A stretch of 64,000 nucleotides of DNA from Syntrophales bacterium (GCA_040767195.1 JAXGPA010000002.1:96001-160000), one strand, 5' to 3'. Positions 17,276-27,891 are shown, counted from the first letter of the stretch. Made by a program: numbers and translations. Notes: generated by a model not told the origin, from the sequence alone.

Positions 17276-19210
17276 ATGAAGCGAGAAAAAACCGGGGAGA
17301 TCACCACCGCCTGCAACCTCGACTGTCCCGATTCCTGTTCGATCCGTGTCTCCCGGGATCGCGAAGGGGGGCTTCGGATCCGGGGGAATCCCGACCATCC
17401 CTTCACCCGGGGGTTCACCTGCCGGAAAATCCGCGATTACCCGAGACGGCTGTCGCACCCGGACCGGATCCGGACGCCTCTCCTGCGCCGGGGCGGCGCG
17501 TTCTCCCCCCTCTCCTGGGAGGCCGCCCTCGATCTTTGCGCTGAAAAGATCCAGTTCCTGCGCCGGGAACCGGCCGCCATCCTCCATCTTCACGGAGAGG
17601 GCGCCAAGGGAGTCCTCAAGGCGGGGCCGTCGCTCTTCTTCGGCCTCCTCGGAGCCAGCACGACCCGGGGCTGCCTCTGCGACGGAACGGGGATCGCCGC
17701 CGTCATAGCCGATTTCGGCGCTCTCGACATGAACGACCTGGACGACCTGGGAAACGCCCAGGGTATCGTCAACTGGGGAAAGGATCTTTCCCGGACGTCG
17801 ATTCACACCGCCGCCCTGATCCGGGAGGCCCGAAAAAAAGGGGTACCGGTCCTCACCGTTTCTCCCGGGGGCGATGGAAACGGGCCTTTTTCCGATGAAT
17901 TCATCCGTATCCGGCCCGGTGCGGACCGTTTTCTCGCCGCGGCGGTCCTTCGACTTTTCCTCGACCGGGGCGGCTTCGATCCGGCACTCCTTGAAAGATC
18001 GAGCAACGGGACCCTCCTGGAAAAACGGCTCCGTGATCTTCCCGTGGAACACCTGGCGTCCGCCTGCCATGTCTCTCTCGAGGACGTGGAACGGCTTTTT
18101 TCCTTTTACAGGGACCGCCGGCCGGCGGCCACCCTCATCGGGTGGGGTCTCCAGCGGTACCGCTTCGGGGGGGAAAACGTGCGCTGGATCAACGGGCTCG
18201 CCTTTCTCTCCGGCAACCTGGGAATACGGGGGGGCGGAAGCTACTACAACGTCTCCTCCCGGAGAAACTTCAACCTCGGCTGGGCCCTGTCTTTCGATTC
18301 CCGGCGACTCCGGAAGCTTTTCCTGCCGGCAATCGGCAAAGAGATACGGGAAGCCGCCGATCCCCCCATCATGATGATCTGGGTGAACGGTTTCAACGTG
18401 GTCAACCAGGCCCCCGATTCAGGGACCATCGCCGACGCCTTCGACAAGGTGGACTTCAAGGTCGTCGTGGACGCCTACATGACCGACACGGCGATGCGGG
18501 CCGACCTGGTCCTCCCCTGCACGCTCAACCTGGAGCAGGAAGACATCATCGGGTCTTATCTGCACAACTACGTCCAGTACGCCCGTCCCGCCGTCCCGCC
18601 GCCGGAAGGCTGCCGGGACGACTTCACCATCATGACCGAGCTGGGAAAGCGGCTCGACCCCCCCGTTATCCTGCCCCCCCGGGAGGACTGTCTCCGTCTG
18701 TCCCTTCAATCGCCTTTCCTCGGCATTTCCCTGGAAGAGCTGAAAACGAAAGGATACGCCAAGGCCTCCCGGGAGCCCGTGGCCTTCCGGGACGGGGTGT
18801 TCGCCCATCCCGACGGGAAATGCCGTCTCCCCGAAACCCTCCACGAAGAACCGCCGCTGCCGGCGGCGTATCCCCTCATCCTCCTGTCCCTGATCCGCGG
18901 CGACGCCATTCACTCCCAGATCCCGCCGGAGGACCAGGGCGGCCTTCCCGTGGCCTGCGTCGGCCCGGACTGTCCCGCCGACCTGGGGACGGACATGGAC
19001 GGCACCATCGCCAGCCTTGTCTCCCCGCTTGGCAGGATGACCGTCCGCCTTCGGGTGCTCGACGATCTCCATCCCCGGGTCGTCCTGTACCGGCGGGGGG
19101 ACTGGATGCGCTTCGGGGGCGGCGTCAACAGGCTCATCTCCGCCGCCTTCACGGACATGGGCAACGGCACCGCCTACTACAGCCAGTGCGTCCGTCTCGA
19201 GAAGCGCTGA
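17276..19210 (+). CDS. Molybdopterin-dependent oxidoreductase with an N-terminal 4Fe-4S motif
   Basis: C.LDCPDSC...G.PDHP.T.G..C.K, PG.D..LA, D.YMTDTA..AD.VLP motifs and a C-terminal Mo-binding domain. RBS AAAGGAG lies upstream. Confidence 0.88.
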   Translation: MKREKTGEITTACNLDCPDSCSIRVSRDREGGLRIRGNPDHPFTRGFTCRKIRDYPRRLSHPDRIRTPLLRRGGAFSPLSWEAALDLCAEKIQFLRREPAAILHLHGEGAKGVLKAGPSLFFGLLGASTTRGCLCDGTGIAAVIADFGALDMNDLDDLGNAQGIVNWGKDLSRTSIHTAALIREARKKGVPVLTVSPGGDGNGPFSDEFIRIRPGADRFLAAAVLRLFLDRGGFDPALLERSSNGTLLEKRLRDLPVEHLASACHVSLEDVERLFSFYRDRRPAATLIGWGLQRYRFGGENVRWINGLAFLSGNLGIRGGGSYYNVSSRRNFNLGWALSFDSRRLRKLFLPAIGKEIREAADPPIMMIWVNGFNVVNQAPDSGTIADAFDKVDFKVVVDAYMTDTAMRADLVLPCTLNLEQEDIIGSYLHNYVQYARPAVPPPEGCRDDFTIMTELGKRLDPPVILPPREDCLRLSLQSPFLGISLEELKTKGYAKASREPVAFRDGVFAHPDGKCRLPETLHEEPPLPAAYPLILLSLIRGDAIHSQIPPEDQGGLPVACVGPDCPADLGTDMDGTIASLVSPLGRMTVRLRVLDDLHPRVVLYRRGDWMRFGGGVNRLISAAFTDMGNGTAYYSQCVRLEKR

Positions 19211-19259
19211 AACGGACGCCCGGCGCACCGTTCCCGGGACCCGTGCCGGGGGTCTTCTA

Positions 19260-19288
19260 TTGACAGATCCTTCATTTTCAACTAAATA
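19260..19288 (+). promoter_or_regulatory. Putative sigma70 promoter of the tol-pal operon
   Basis: TTGACA (19260-19265), 17-nt spacer, TAAATA. Confidence 0.4.
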
Positions 19289-19512
19289 CTGTTGACGGTC
19301 TGAAACAAAACCGGTTCACGGTATTGTCCCGCATCGGTCAGCGCCGCGGCCCGCGTTTCCGCTTGCCCGGTTCGTCCCGGCTCGGGCGCCGTGTCCCGGG
19401 AGACTGTCATAAAGCCGCCAGAGAGTGACGCTTTAACGATTTCCGAACCTTTGTTTCTCGCGGCAGTACAGGAAACGGGGCCGTAAAGACAGATCACGGA
19501 GGGAAAAAACCT

Positions 19513-20265
19513 GTGAGCGAAGCCTGGGCCGTATCCACCTTTGACCTGACCGGCCATTTCCGGGGCAATCTCATTGAAATGATCCTCAACGCGGGGCCCA
19601 TGGTGCAGATGGTCCTCCTTATTCTCCTTTTTTTCTCCGTCGTGTCCTGGGCCGTCATCCTGATGAAATACCGGGTCCTGAGGAGGGCCCGGAAAGAAAA
19701 TCGCATGTTCCTGGAAATTTACATGAAGGGAAGCCGGTTTTCGGACATCTTCCTTGAATCGCGGAAATTCCGCCACTCCACCATTGCCGAGGTGTTCCGG
19801 GCAGGATACACCGAACTGGGAAAAACGGCCAAAGCCATGAAGGAGTCGGGAAACCCGGCGGAGGGCGGGGAACCGTCCCCGTCCGTGGAGCTTCAGGGCC
19901 TGGACAACGTGGTGCGAACCCTCAACCGCGCCTGCGACTCTGAAACGGGCAGGCTCGAGGGCTCCCTCGGGTTTCTCGCCACGACGGGCAGCGCCACCCC
20001 TTTCATCGGCCTTTTCGGAACGGTGTGGGGAATCATGAACGCCTTTCGGGGCATCGGCGCCAAGGGCTCGGCCACCCTGGCCGTCGTGGCGCCGGGCATC
20101 TCGGAAGCCCTCATCGCCACGGCGGCGGGTCTTGCCGCCGCCATTCCCGCCGTTATTTTCTATAACTATTTCGTCAACCAGGTCCGGGCCATGGGGCAGG
20201 AAACGGACCATTTCGCTTCCGAATTCCTGAACATCCTCGAACGGGCCTCCCTGAAAAGCGCCTGA
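19513..20265 (+). CDS. tolQ: TolQ
   Basis: LAT.GS.TPFIGLFGTVWGIM..F and LAVVAPGISEALIATAAGL motifs, plus operon context. Confidence 0.93.
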   Translation: MSEAWAVSTFDLTGHFRGNLIEMILNAGPMVQMVLLILLFFSVVSWAVILMKYRVLRRARKENRMFLEIYMKGSRFSDIFLESRKFRHSTIAEVFRAGYTELGKTAKAMKESGNPAEGGEPSPSVELQGLDNVVRTLNRACDSETGRLEGSLGFLATTGSATPFIGLFGTVWGIMNAFRGIGAKGSATLAVVAPGISEALIATAAGLAAAIPAVIFYNYFVNQVRAMGQETDHFASEFLNILERASLKSA

Positions 20266-20267
20266 TC

Positions 20268-20693
20268 ATGAGACCCTTGAGAAAACCCTTTCGAGAAGGA
20301 TCGAAGCCTCTTTCAGAGATCAACGTGACACCCCTGGTGGACGTCGTACTCGTTCTCCTCATCATCTTCATGGTCACGGCGCCCATGCTCCAGATGGGCA
20401 TAGACGTCAATCTCCCTAAAATAAAAGCGAAGACCGTCGACGTGACGGAGGAAAAAGTGGTTCTCACCGTCAAGGCGAAGGAGGAAATCTTCATCAACAA
20501 CTACAGGGCGACCCTTTCGGACCTGAAAACCAAGCTCGAGAGCATCTTCGCCAGCCGCATCGACCGGGAAGTCTTCATGCGGGCCGATGACCAGGTCCCC
20601 TACGGATTCGTCGTCAAGGTCATGGCGGAGGTCCGCAAGGCGGGCGTGGACAGGCTCGGCATGATCACGGAACCGCCGGAGGAAAGCCGATGA
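20268..20693 (+). CDS. tolR: TolR
   Basis: SEINVTPLVDVVLVLLIIFMVTAP and RAD..VPYG.V..VM motifs. Confidence 0.93.
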   Translation: MRPLRKPFREGSKPLSEINVTPLVDVVLVLLIIFMVTAPMLQMGIDVNLPKIKAKTVDVTEEKVVLTVKAKEEIFINNYRATLSDLKTKLESIFASRIDREVFMRADDQVPYGFVVKVMAEVRKAGVDRLGMITEPPEESR

Positions 20694-21421
20694 CGTCATC
20701 CCTTCGTTCCGTCCCGGGACACCGCGGGGATGAAACATCCCTGAAAAGCATGGCGATTCTCTCCTTTCTTCTCCATGCCCTTCTCTTGTCCATACTCTTC
20801 CTCTCGCCTTCCCTCCCGTCCCAGAAATGGACGTTCGGTCCGGTCTACACGGTGGACCTCGTCAGTTTCCCCGCGAGGCTCCTGGAACATAAATCGGCCA
20901 TAGCGGGCACGGAAAAGGCCTTTTCCCTGGACCGTGATACGAGCGCCACGGTGTTCCGAAAACAGGCCGAGCCCCCCATCATGCCCCTGGAAAGACATGG
21001 GGAGACGATACGGAAAATCGACCGGTCCCCCGTCGACGATGCCATAAGAAACCTGGAAAAAAAGGTTCACCCGTCCCGGTCACCGGAAACGACGGATCGG
21101 GTGGCCTCCCAGGGCGCTCCGGAAATTTCGGGAAACATGAGGATCTACTACGCCATCATCTGGTCCCGGATCAAGGAACAGTGGGCTCTGCCGGAGGGGA
21201 TCCTTCCCGGCGACGACTTCGAGGCCGTTGTGGGCGTCACCATACGGAAGGACGGAAACATCGACACGATCTCCTTTGAAAAACGGTCGGGGAACCGCTT
21301 CTTTGACGAATCGGCCCTGAAAGCGATCAAGAAGGCGAGCCCTTTCCCGGTGTTTCCCGAATCCCTGAGAGAGGAAACGCTCGACGTGGGAATCCGCTTT
21401 CTGTCTTCTGAATTCTCATAG
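20690..21421 (+). CDS. tolA: Short TolA/TonB-family protein
   Basis: N-terminal TM with S..LH, a C-terminal TonB_2-like domain (SG...FD.SA..AI..A.P.P), and a position between tolR and tolB. Confidence 0.75.
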   Translation: MTSSLRSVPGHRGDETSLKSMAILSFLLHALLLSILFLSPSLPSQKWTFGPVYTVDLVSFPARLLEHKSAIAGTEKAFSLDRDTSATVFRKQAEPPIMPLERHGETIRKIDRSPVDDAIRNLEKKVHPSRSPETTDRVASQGAPEISGNMRIYYAIIWSRIKEQWALPEGILPGDDFEAVVGVTIRKDGNIDTISFEKRSGNRFFDESALKAIKKASPFPVFPESLREETLDVGIRFLSSEFS

Positions 21422-21559
21422 GAAGTCCTGAACACCGGCGGCCCTGTCGCCGGGACCGGCAGGATCAGGAAACAGGGCGAAACCCCGGTGAAACCCTGTC
21501 GAGGCGCCAGGGACGGCCCGCGGAAAACAGGGATAGGCAATCAAAAAGGCTTCCACGGC

Positions 21560-22873
21560 ATGATAAAAAAGACGTTTTCAATCCTTTGCTTTGTCATTTT
21601 CCTGCTCATCTTGTCCGTGGCGGCGCCGGCCAAGGTGTACATGGACATCCTTTCCCCGGCCTTCCAGAAATTTCCCATCGCCCTTCCCGACTTTTCCCCC
21701 CTGGACGGCCGTGAAGGGGAAAACCCCCTTTTCAGGGAAATCCCCGGACTTCTTTCCAATGCCTTGGAACTGACGGGGTTTTTCCGGACCGTGGACAGGA
21801 ACGCCTATCTCGAATCGCCGGAAACCCCGGAAGAGGACGTCCGTTTTGCCGACTGGCGCGTCATCGGGGCGGAATTTCTCGTCAAGGGTAAACTGGAAGC
21901 GCCGGGGGAAACCCTGACCATCGAGTGCCGGCTTTATGACGTGGTGGAAGGAAAAATGCTGGCGGGAAAACGATACACCGGTAAAAAAGGAGATGAAAAG
22001 GCCATGGTGTACCGTTTTGCCGACGAAATTCTGAGTGCCTTGACGGGGAGCCGTGGCGTTTTCGACACGGAGATCGCCTTTTCCGGCAAAAAAAATCGCC
22101 TTTCCGATATTTACACCATCCAGTTCGACGGGTCGAATCTTCGGAAACGGACGGACCACAAGGCCATCACCCTTCTTCCCCGGTGGTCCGCCGACGGGTC
22201 GAAAATCGCCTACACGGCGTACCCGCGGGGCAACCCTGACCTGTACGTTCTGAACCTGGCGACGGGGAAAACGACACGCCTTTTTCACGACCGGGGACTG
22301 AACCTGACGGGAGGCTGGTCCCCCGACGGCGGCAGGATGCTGATTGTCTCGCGACGGGACGGGAACGAGGAAATCTATGTTCATGAACTCGAAACGGGAA
22401 CGTCGAGGCGACTGACCCGTGACCCCGCCATCGATGTTTCCCCCTGCTGGTCCCCCGACGGGAAACGGATCGCCTTCGTGTCCAACCGTTCAGGATCTCC
22501 CCAGATCTTTGTCATGGACGGTGACGGCGGCGCCGTCAGGCGGCTCACCTTCAACGGAAGCTACAACACGTCCCCGTCCTGGTCGCCCACGGGTTCCAGG
22601 ATCGCCTACGAAGGCCGGGCGGGCGGGCAGTTCCAGATATTCACCATCGATGAAAACGGCGGAAACACGATCCAGCTGACCTACGAAGACGAGGGCGCCG
22701 AGTCCCCCGCGTGGTCACCGGACGGCCGATTCATCGCCTTCCAGGGCAAAAGGAACGGGACAAGCCGTATCTCGGTGATCAACGCCAACGGCTTGAATCC
22801 CCGGGTTCTCTACGAGGGGAAGGATCTGGAAGCGGTCTCACCGGCCTGGTCGCCTCACTTAAATTTGTATTGA
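21560..22873 (+). CDS. tolB: TolB
   Basis: TolB N-domain plus repeated P.WSPDG..IAF beta-propeller units. Confidence 0.93.
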   Translation: MIKKTFSILCFVIFLLILSVAAPAKVYMDILSPAFQKFPIALPDFSPLDGREGENPLFREIPGLLSNALELTGFFRTVDRNAYLESPETPEEDVRFADWRVIGAEFLVKGKLEAPGETLTIECRLYDVVEGKMLAGKRYTGKKGDEKAMVYRFADEILSALTGSRGVFDTEIAFSGKKNRLSDIYTIQFDGSNLRKRTDHKAITLLPRWSADGSKIAYTAYPRGNPDLYVLNLATGKTTRLFHDRGLNLTGGWSPDGGRMLIVSRRDGNEEIYVHELETGTSRRLTRDPAIDVSPCWSPDGKRIAFVSNRSGSPQIFVMDGDGGAVRRLTFNGSYNTSPSWSPTGSRIAYEGRAGGQFQIFTIDENGGNTIQLTYEDEGAESPAWSPDGRFIAFQGKRNGTSRISVINANGLNPRVLYEGKDLEAVSPAWSPHLNLY

Positions 22874-22899
22874 CCTTTTTTCTCCCCTTGTGGTTTAAT
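22870..22899 (+). promoter_or_regulatory. Putative internal promoter for pal
   Basis: TTGACC, 18-nt spacer, TGn-TTTAAT. Confidence 0.4.
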
Positions 22900-22950
22900 T
22901 CGTCCCATCGCGGGATATCCTGAAAGCATCAAAGAAAAGGAGGCATATCA

Positions 22951-23523
22951 ATGAAAAACCACAACGTATTCCGGGGGGCCTTGCTGCTCGTTCTCAGCCT
23001 CGCTGTTGCCCTGGTCATCGGCTGCGGAAAGAAAGCTGTCGTGCAGGAAGAGATGGGCGTCGTCGTAAAGGAACCCGCTAAGGAGGAGGCTGCGGCGGAG
23101 ACCCGGCCTTCGGAGGCGGCCATCGAGGAAGAACTTCTGAAGGAGAAGGAACGGCAGGAAAAGGAACGGGTTCTCCGGGAGGCGGCCTCCTTCGGGGACA
23201 TTTATTTTGAATTCGACCAGTACGATCTCACCGCCACGGCGAGGGAAACCCTGAAACAGCACGCCGACTGGCTTCTCGCCAACCCCGGGTTCGATCTCCT
23301 CGTGGAGGGGCATTGCGACGAGCGTGGAACGGCGGAATACAACCTGGCCCTCGGAGACCGACGGGCCAATGCCGCCAGGGACTATCTCGTCAGTCTCGGC
23401 GTCGATGCCGGCCGGATCACGACGATCAGTTACGGCGAAGAACTCCCCCTCGACCCGTCCCACAACGAGGCGGCGTGGGCCAAGAACCGCCGTGACCACT
23501 TCGTCGTCACGCCGTCCAGATAA
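22951..23523 (+). CDS. pal: Peptidoglycan-associated lipoprotein
   Basis: VIGC lipobox, IYFEFD, EGHCDERGT.EYN.ALG.RRA and SYGEE.P...AWAKNRR motifs. Confidence 0.96.
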   Translation: MKNHNVFRGALLLVLSLAVALVIGCGKKAVVQEEMGVVVKEPAKEEAAAETRPSEAAIEEELLKEKERQEKERVLREAASFGDIYFEFDQYDLTATARETLKQHADWLLANPGFDLLVEGHCDERGTAEYNLALGDRRANAARDYLVSLGVDAGRITTISYGEELPLDPSHNEAAWAKNRRDHFVVTPSR

Positions 23524-23547
23524 GTATCGATAAGGAGATCTAGGGCC

Positions 23548-24384
23548 GTGAGAAAAGCCCTTCCATGGCTGATTCTGTTCTGGGTGGTTCTCCTGGGGTG
23601 TGCCTCGAGCCATGAGCTCCGGGCGACCGCCCAGATCCTGGACTCGAAAATATCGGCGCTGGAAAGGGATGTCACCGCTTCCCGGGACGGCGTGGCGGAT
23701 ACCCGTGACAGGTTGGACAAGCTGGAAGACAGCGTCAAGGCCATCCAGCGCTTCCAGGCCGACACGGGGGCCGACATGACCGCCCTGAGAGCGGAGATCC
23801 AGCGTCTCCGGGGGGCTACGGAGGAAACGCAGGAATCCCTGAAAACCGTCAAGGGGGAAGCGGCTTCGGAAAACCAGGCGTCGAAACTGGAAGAGCTTCG
23901 CCTGCGAATGCAGTACATGGAGGATTTTCTCGGCATCGGAAGGCCGGGAGGAACGGCCGACAAGGCCAAAGAGGCATCCGAAGCCGCCGCCGGCCCGCCG
24001 CCGGCCAAACCGGACCGGGAAAAGGCGTACAATGACGCTTACGAGGCCTTCAAGGCGGGCCGATACGCCGACGCCCGGAAAAGGTTCGAAGAATTTCTCG
24101 CCGAGCACGGAAAATCGGAATACGGGGACAACGCCCGGTTCTGGATAGGCGAGTGTTATTATTTTGAAAAGGATTACGAAAGAGCCATTCTCGAATACGA
24201 GAAAGTGATCACCGAATATCCCCGGGGAAACAAGGTGCCCAATGCCCTCCTGAAGCAGGGCCTTGCCTTTCTCGAACTGGGGGACAAAAACAGCGGGCGC
24301 CTCCTCCTGGAAAAAGTCATCCGGGAACACCCCAACACGAGCCCCGCTAGAATCGCCAAGATCAAGCTATCGTCGATCAATTAG
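23548..24384 (+). CDS. cpoB: Tol-Pal system protein CpoB/YbgF
   Basis: Coiled coil plus TPR (NA.FW.GE.YY, K.P.ALLK.G) directly after pal. Confidence 0.9.
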   Translation: MRKALPWLILFWVVLLGCASSHELRATAQILDSKISALERDVTASRDGVADTRDRLDKLEDSVKAIQRFQADTGADMTALRAEIQRLRGATEETQESLKTVKGEAASENQASKLEELRLRMQYMEDFLGIGRPGGTADKAKEASEAAAGPPPAKPDREKAYNDAYEAFKAGRYADARKRFEEFLAEHGKSEYGDNARFWIGECYYFEKDYERAILEYEKVITEYPRGNKVPNALLKQGLAFLELGDKNSGRLLLEKVIREHPNTSPARIAKIKLSSIN

Positions 24385-25255
24385 TTTCCGCCTCCGGCGA
24401 CGCCTCCGGCCCGCCTCCCTCGATCCACCGGAGGGTTGCCCCCTCGGGCGGGAGGAGATCGAAGACGTTTTCCGGCAGGGTGTGTGCCCGTTCGGGTCCT
24501 GTCACGCGAATGGTCGCAAGAAGGGACACCGGTTCGCCAAAGGCGATGGAGAGCCCGCCGGGAAGTTCCCCGCCTCCCGTTATGGAGACGGCATCCCGAA
24601 AGAGGATCTGTAAGGCGGGATGGCCATTCCATGCCACCCTTTCGCAGCGTGTCAACTTCCCTTTCTCGAGATCGATCCAGAGGGTCTGGATTATTTTTTC
24701 ACCTAGGAAGACGTCGACCCGGTACAGGGGTCCCTCCCACCGGGCGGTGTATCGCTGGCGGGGGTCCTTCAATCCCGGCGGATACCCCATGAGAAGAGAA
24801 ACCACGTCGGGCACGGCCAGATACAGGCGGAACAGGGCGTAAAGGTTGGGAGCCGTGGGCTCTCCCACCAGAAAGAGATTCTCTTCCGGAAAATAGGCTT
24901 TCAGAAGCCGGACGTTCGCCGTCAGGAAAAGATCCGGGGTTCCCATGAGGGGCAGGGCCTCGATGCGCAGGGAATCGGGATACCTCATCACCAGGGCGGC
25001 TGACCGGAAATATCGGCCCTCGGGAACTTCCAGGGACATTTTCACCGTCGCCTGGATCCCCTCTTCGGGAGGCGACCCGAACAGCCGCTCCAGGACATCC
25101 TGCGGCGGGGGCGGCTGTTCCCTCAGGACGGGGGCCTCCCCCCGTGGCACGGCGCACCCGCCTGTAAAACAGACGGCGAGTGCCAGCAGGAGAATGTTTG
25201 CCGTCCATGATTTTAAAAAACGGGCTTCAGGCAGGATTTCCTTTTTTCTGATCAT
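24377..25255 (-). CDS. Lipoprotein with possible LolA/LolB-like fold (DUF4292-like)
   Basis: TGGC lipobox, P..LRIE.L..MG.P motif, beta-rich pattern and C-terminal F.L.PP.GA. Confidence 0.55.
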   Translation of the reverse strand: MIRKKEILPEARFLKSWTANILLLALAVCFTGGCAVPRGEAPVLREQPPPPQDVLERLFGSPPEEGIQATVKMSLEVPEGRYFRSAALVMRYPDSLRIEALPLMGTPDLFLTANVRLLKAYFPEENLFLVGEPTAPNLYALFRLYLAVPDVVSLLMGYPPGLKDPRQRYTARWEGPLYRVDVFLGEKIIQTLWIDLEKGKLTRCERVAWNGHPALQILFRDAVSITGGGELPGGLSIAFGEPVSLLATIRVTGPERAHTLPENVFDLLPPEGATLRWIEGGGPEASPEAETN

Positions 25256-26978
25256 TCAGGAGACGATCGATCTTTTCTTTCAGGGCCGTCGAACCGGGGT
25301 TCCCTTTCAGGGCCTCCCGGTACAGGCGAAGGGCTTCTCTGGGCTTTCCCAGGGCCATGTAAACATCGCCGAGATGCTCCGCGATGGTGGGGTCTTCCGG
25401 GAGAATCCGGTGCGCCTTCTCGAGATGGGAAACGGCGAGATCGGGCCTGTTCTTCCGGAAATAAACCCAGCCGAGGCTGTCGATGATGTAGCCGTTTTCG
25501 GGTTTCAACTCCAGGGCTTTCCGGATGAGTCTCTCCGCTTCGTCGAGCCGGATCCCCCGGTCCGCCAGACCGTAGCCGATAAAGTTGAGCGCCTCGGCGT
25601 GATCCGGTTCCACATCGAGGATCCTCTGCATTTCCAGGATGCTCTCTTCGAAGCGTCCCGACTTTTCATAGAGAACACCGAGCCGGTAGCGCATCTCCAG
25701 ATTCCCCGGATTGTCCTTCAGCCCGCCGAGTAGCGTTTTTTCCGCTACTTCAGGGTCCCCCCTTTCTTCGTGAAGCGTCGCGAGGGCGACATAAAGGGCC
25801 GGTTCCGGCTTGGTCGCCAGGGCTTTTTCGAGGAGGGAAAGGGCCTCATCCCCCCGGCCGTCTTCCTTGAGCAGAATGGCCATGTGAACCCGCGAATTGC
25901 CGTACAGACCCGATGAGGGCGAAACAAGGGAAAAAGAATCCAGGGCCTTCAAGGGTTTTCCCTGCCGCTCATACGTGGAGGCCAGGAAATACCGCGCCGT
26001 TTCGTTTTCCCCGTTTTCCTCGAGGAGCTCCTGAAAGAGCGTTTCCCCCTCTTCGTAGTTCTTTCCCTCGAAGAAAAGGGCGATGCCGAGGGCCAGCCGG
26101 ACCTGTTCGTTCTCGGGGTTTTTCTTCAGGACCTTTTTGAATGCCTCGATGGCCCGTTCATAGCGGTCCTGCTCGAAAAGCATTCGCCCCATCCGAAAAC
26201 GGATGTCGTCCCGGCCGGGATTGACTTCGAGAATATTCTCGTAGATGCGCGCCGCCTCATCACGACGATCCTGCTCCTCGTAAAGCGCCGCCAGTTCGAT
26301 GAGGGCAGGTTCGTAGACGGGGTCGATGTCCAGGATCTTTCGATAATAAGCCTCCGCCCGCTCCTCCCGTTTCATTTCCCTGTAAAGCCGGGCGAGGGCC
26401 TGCATGGCCGAAACATGGCCGGGCTTCACCTCGAGGAGGCGTTCCAGGGTCGACACGGCCTTGTCGTATTCCCCCTTTTCCCGGTAGACAAGACTGAGAA
26501 ACTCGTAGGCCTTGTCCTGCCCGGGGTCGGAAGCGATGATCCTTTCGTACTCGGCCACGGCCCGGTCCAATTCCTTGCCGTGGACGAAAAGTCCTGCCAG
26601 GAGAAAGCGGTTGTCGATATTCTCACTGCCGGAGAGAAGCGACTTTTCCAGAATTTCGATGGCCCCGGAAACATCGCCTTTATTAAGATAGAGGTTGGCA
26701 AGCTCACCGGCCAGGTAGGTTGACCCGGGATCAATGGCAAAGGCCTTTTCGAAAGCCCCGAGGGCCTCATCGGCGTTACCCGCGAGATTTTCCAGGACGC
26801 CCACTGAATAATAATAGTAGGCGTTCCCCCGGGCTTCCCCCCGAAGGGCGTCCGTACTCCCCGTTGAGGGAATTCCCCGATAAAGGCATCCCGAAAAGGC
26901 GAAGGCCGTGAAGATGAGCAGTGAAATAAGCCGGAGAGGCCGTTTTCCGTCCCCGTTACGTTTCCCCGATTTCGTCAT
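25227..26978 (-). CDS. TPR-repeat lipoprotein
   Basis: FSGC lipobox, many TPRs, and C-terminal ALNFIGY..A.RG..L, YI.DSLGWVYF and I.EHLGD. Confidence 0.88.
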   Translation of the reverse strand: MTKSGKRNGDGKRPLRLISLLIFTAFAFSGCLYRGIPSTGSTDALRGEARGNAYYYYSVGVLENLAGNADEALGAFEKAFAIDPGSTYLAGELANLYLNKGDVSGAIEILEKSLLSGSENIDNRFLLAGLFVHGKELDRAVAEYERIIASDPGQDKAYEFLSLVYREKGEYDKAVSTLERLLEVKPGHVSAMQALARLYREMKREERAEAYYRKILDIDPVYEPALIELAALYEEQDRRDEAARIYENILEVNPGRDDIRFRMGRMLFEQDRYERAIEAFKKVLKKNPENEQVRLALGIALFFEGKNYEEGETLFQELLEENGENETARYFLASTYERQGKPLKALDSFSLVSPSSGLYGNSRVHMAILLKEDGRGDEALSLLEKALATKPEPALYVALATLHEERGDPEVAEKTLLGGLKDNPGNLEMRYRLGVLYEKSGRFEESILEMQRILDVEPDHAEALNFIGYGLADRGIRLDEAERLIRKALELKPENGYIIDSLGWVYFRKNRPDLAVSHLEKAHRILPEDPTIAEHLGDVYMALGKPREALRLYREALKGNPGSTALKEKIDRLLNDQKKGNPA

Positions 26979-27018
26979 GAACACGCTCGTCACGTTCAAA
27001 AAGTTTCGCTGCCGCCTT

Positions 27019-27891
27019 TCACGGCTCCCGCTTGACAACGGAAGACAGGGGGACAAAACGAATCCCCGCCTGCTCGTATTTTGGAGCCCATTCCTCCAGG
27101 GCATCCACCGTGGTTTCATAGGGGTGCCCGATGAGGACAAGCTCCCTCCAGGAGGAACGCTTTTCCAAAAGCCGCTCGAAAACCGCCCGGGTTTCCGCCA
27201 GGGAATTTCCGTTGTCGATGAAAACATCCCGGGCTGCAAAGGGCAGCCCCACCCGGCGGGCCGCCTGCCCGGCCCTGGAATTTCCCGTGGTCAGGCTATC
27301 TATGAAGAACAGGCTCTTCCTCTTCAGATGACAGAGCACGACTTCCAGGTCGTCACCGTTCTCCATGAAAAGAGACCCCATGTGATTGTTGACTCCAACG
27401 GCCCCGGGTACTGCTTCGATGTTTTTCTCGAGCTGTCGGATCACGTCCTCTTCCGTCATAGAGCACAAAAGCGCCCCTTCCCCGGGATCGACTTCGGGAT
27501 AACCCCGGGGCTCCATGGGCAGGTGAAGAAGGATTTCCCGGTTTTTTTCCCGGGCGAGCCGGGTCACCTCCCTCGAAAAGGGGCAATGGGGTAACACGGC
27601 CAGGGCAATGGGAACGGGCAGGTTGCTGATCTTTCGGGCCACATCGAGGTCGTATCCGAGATCGTCGATGATGAGGGCGACCCGGTTCCCCCGGTCATCA
27701 CGGCGAACCGCATCGTCTGGTTTTTGCTCCCGGACGGCTTCCCTGCCGGCGGGTTTTACAACCTTCTCCGGCACCGCCTTCCCCTTTGTTTTCCACAGCC
27801 CGTATCCGGCCATCGCGGCCACGACGAGAACGGCGATGACAAGCGGAAAAATCGGTACGGAGGGCTTCTTCCTTCTTCGTTTCCCCGTCAC
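27019..27891 (-). CDS. Divergent polysaccharide deacetylase family protein
   Basis: IIDDLG, LLHLPMEP, G.NNHMGS, FFIDS.T, RDVFID and IGHP motifs. Confidence 0.92.
   Translation of the reverse strand: MTGKRRRKKPSVPIFPLVIAVLVVAAMAGYGLWKTKGKAVPEKVVKPAGREAVREQKPDDAVRRDDRGNRVALIIDDLGYDLDVARKISNLPVPIALAVLPHCPFSREVTRLAREKNREILLHLPMEPRGYPEVDPGEGALLCSMTEEDVIRQLEKNIEAVPGAVGVNNHMGSLFMENGDDLEVVLCHLKRKSLFFIDSLTTGNSRAGQAARRVGLPFAARDVFIDNGNSLAETRAVFERLLEKRSSWRELVLIGHPYETTVDALEEWAPKYEQAGIRFVPLSSVVKREP

Noticed and set aside
19290..19512. Long GC-rich leader before tolQ as a riboswitch or sRNA
   Set aside because: I found no recognisable aptamer or terminator. It cannot be supported without an Rfam or covariance search.
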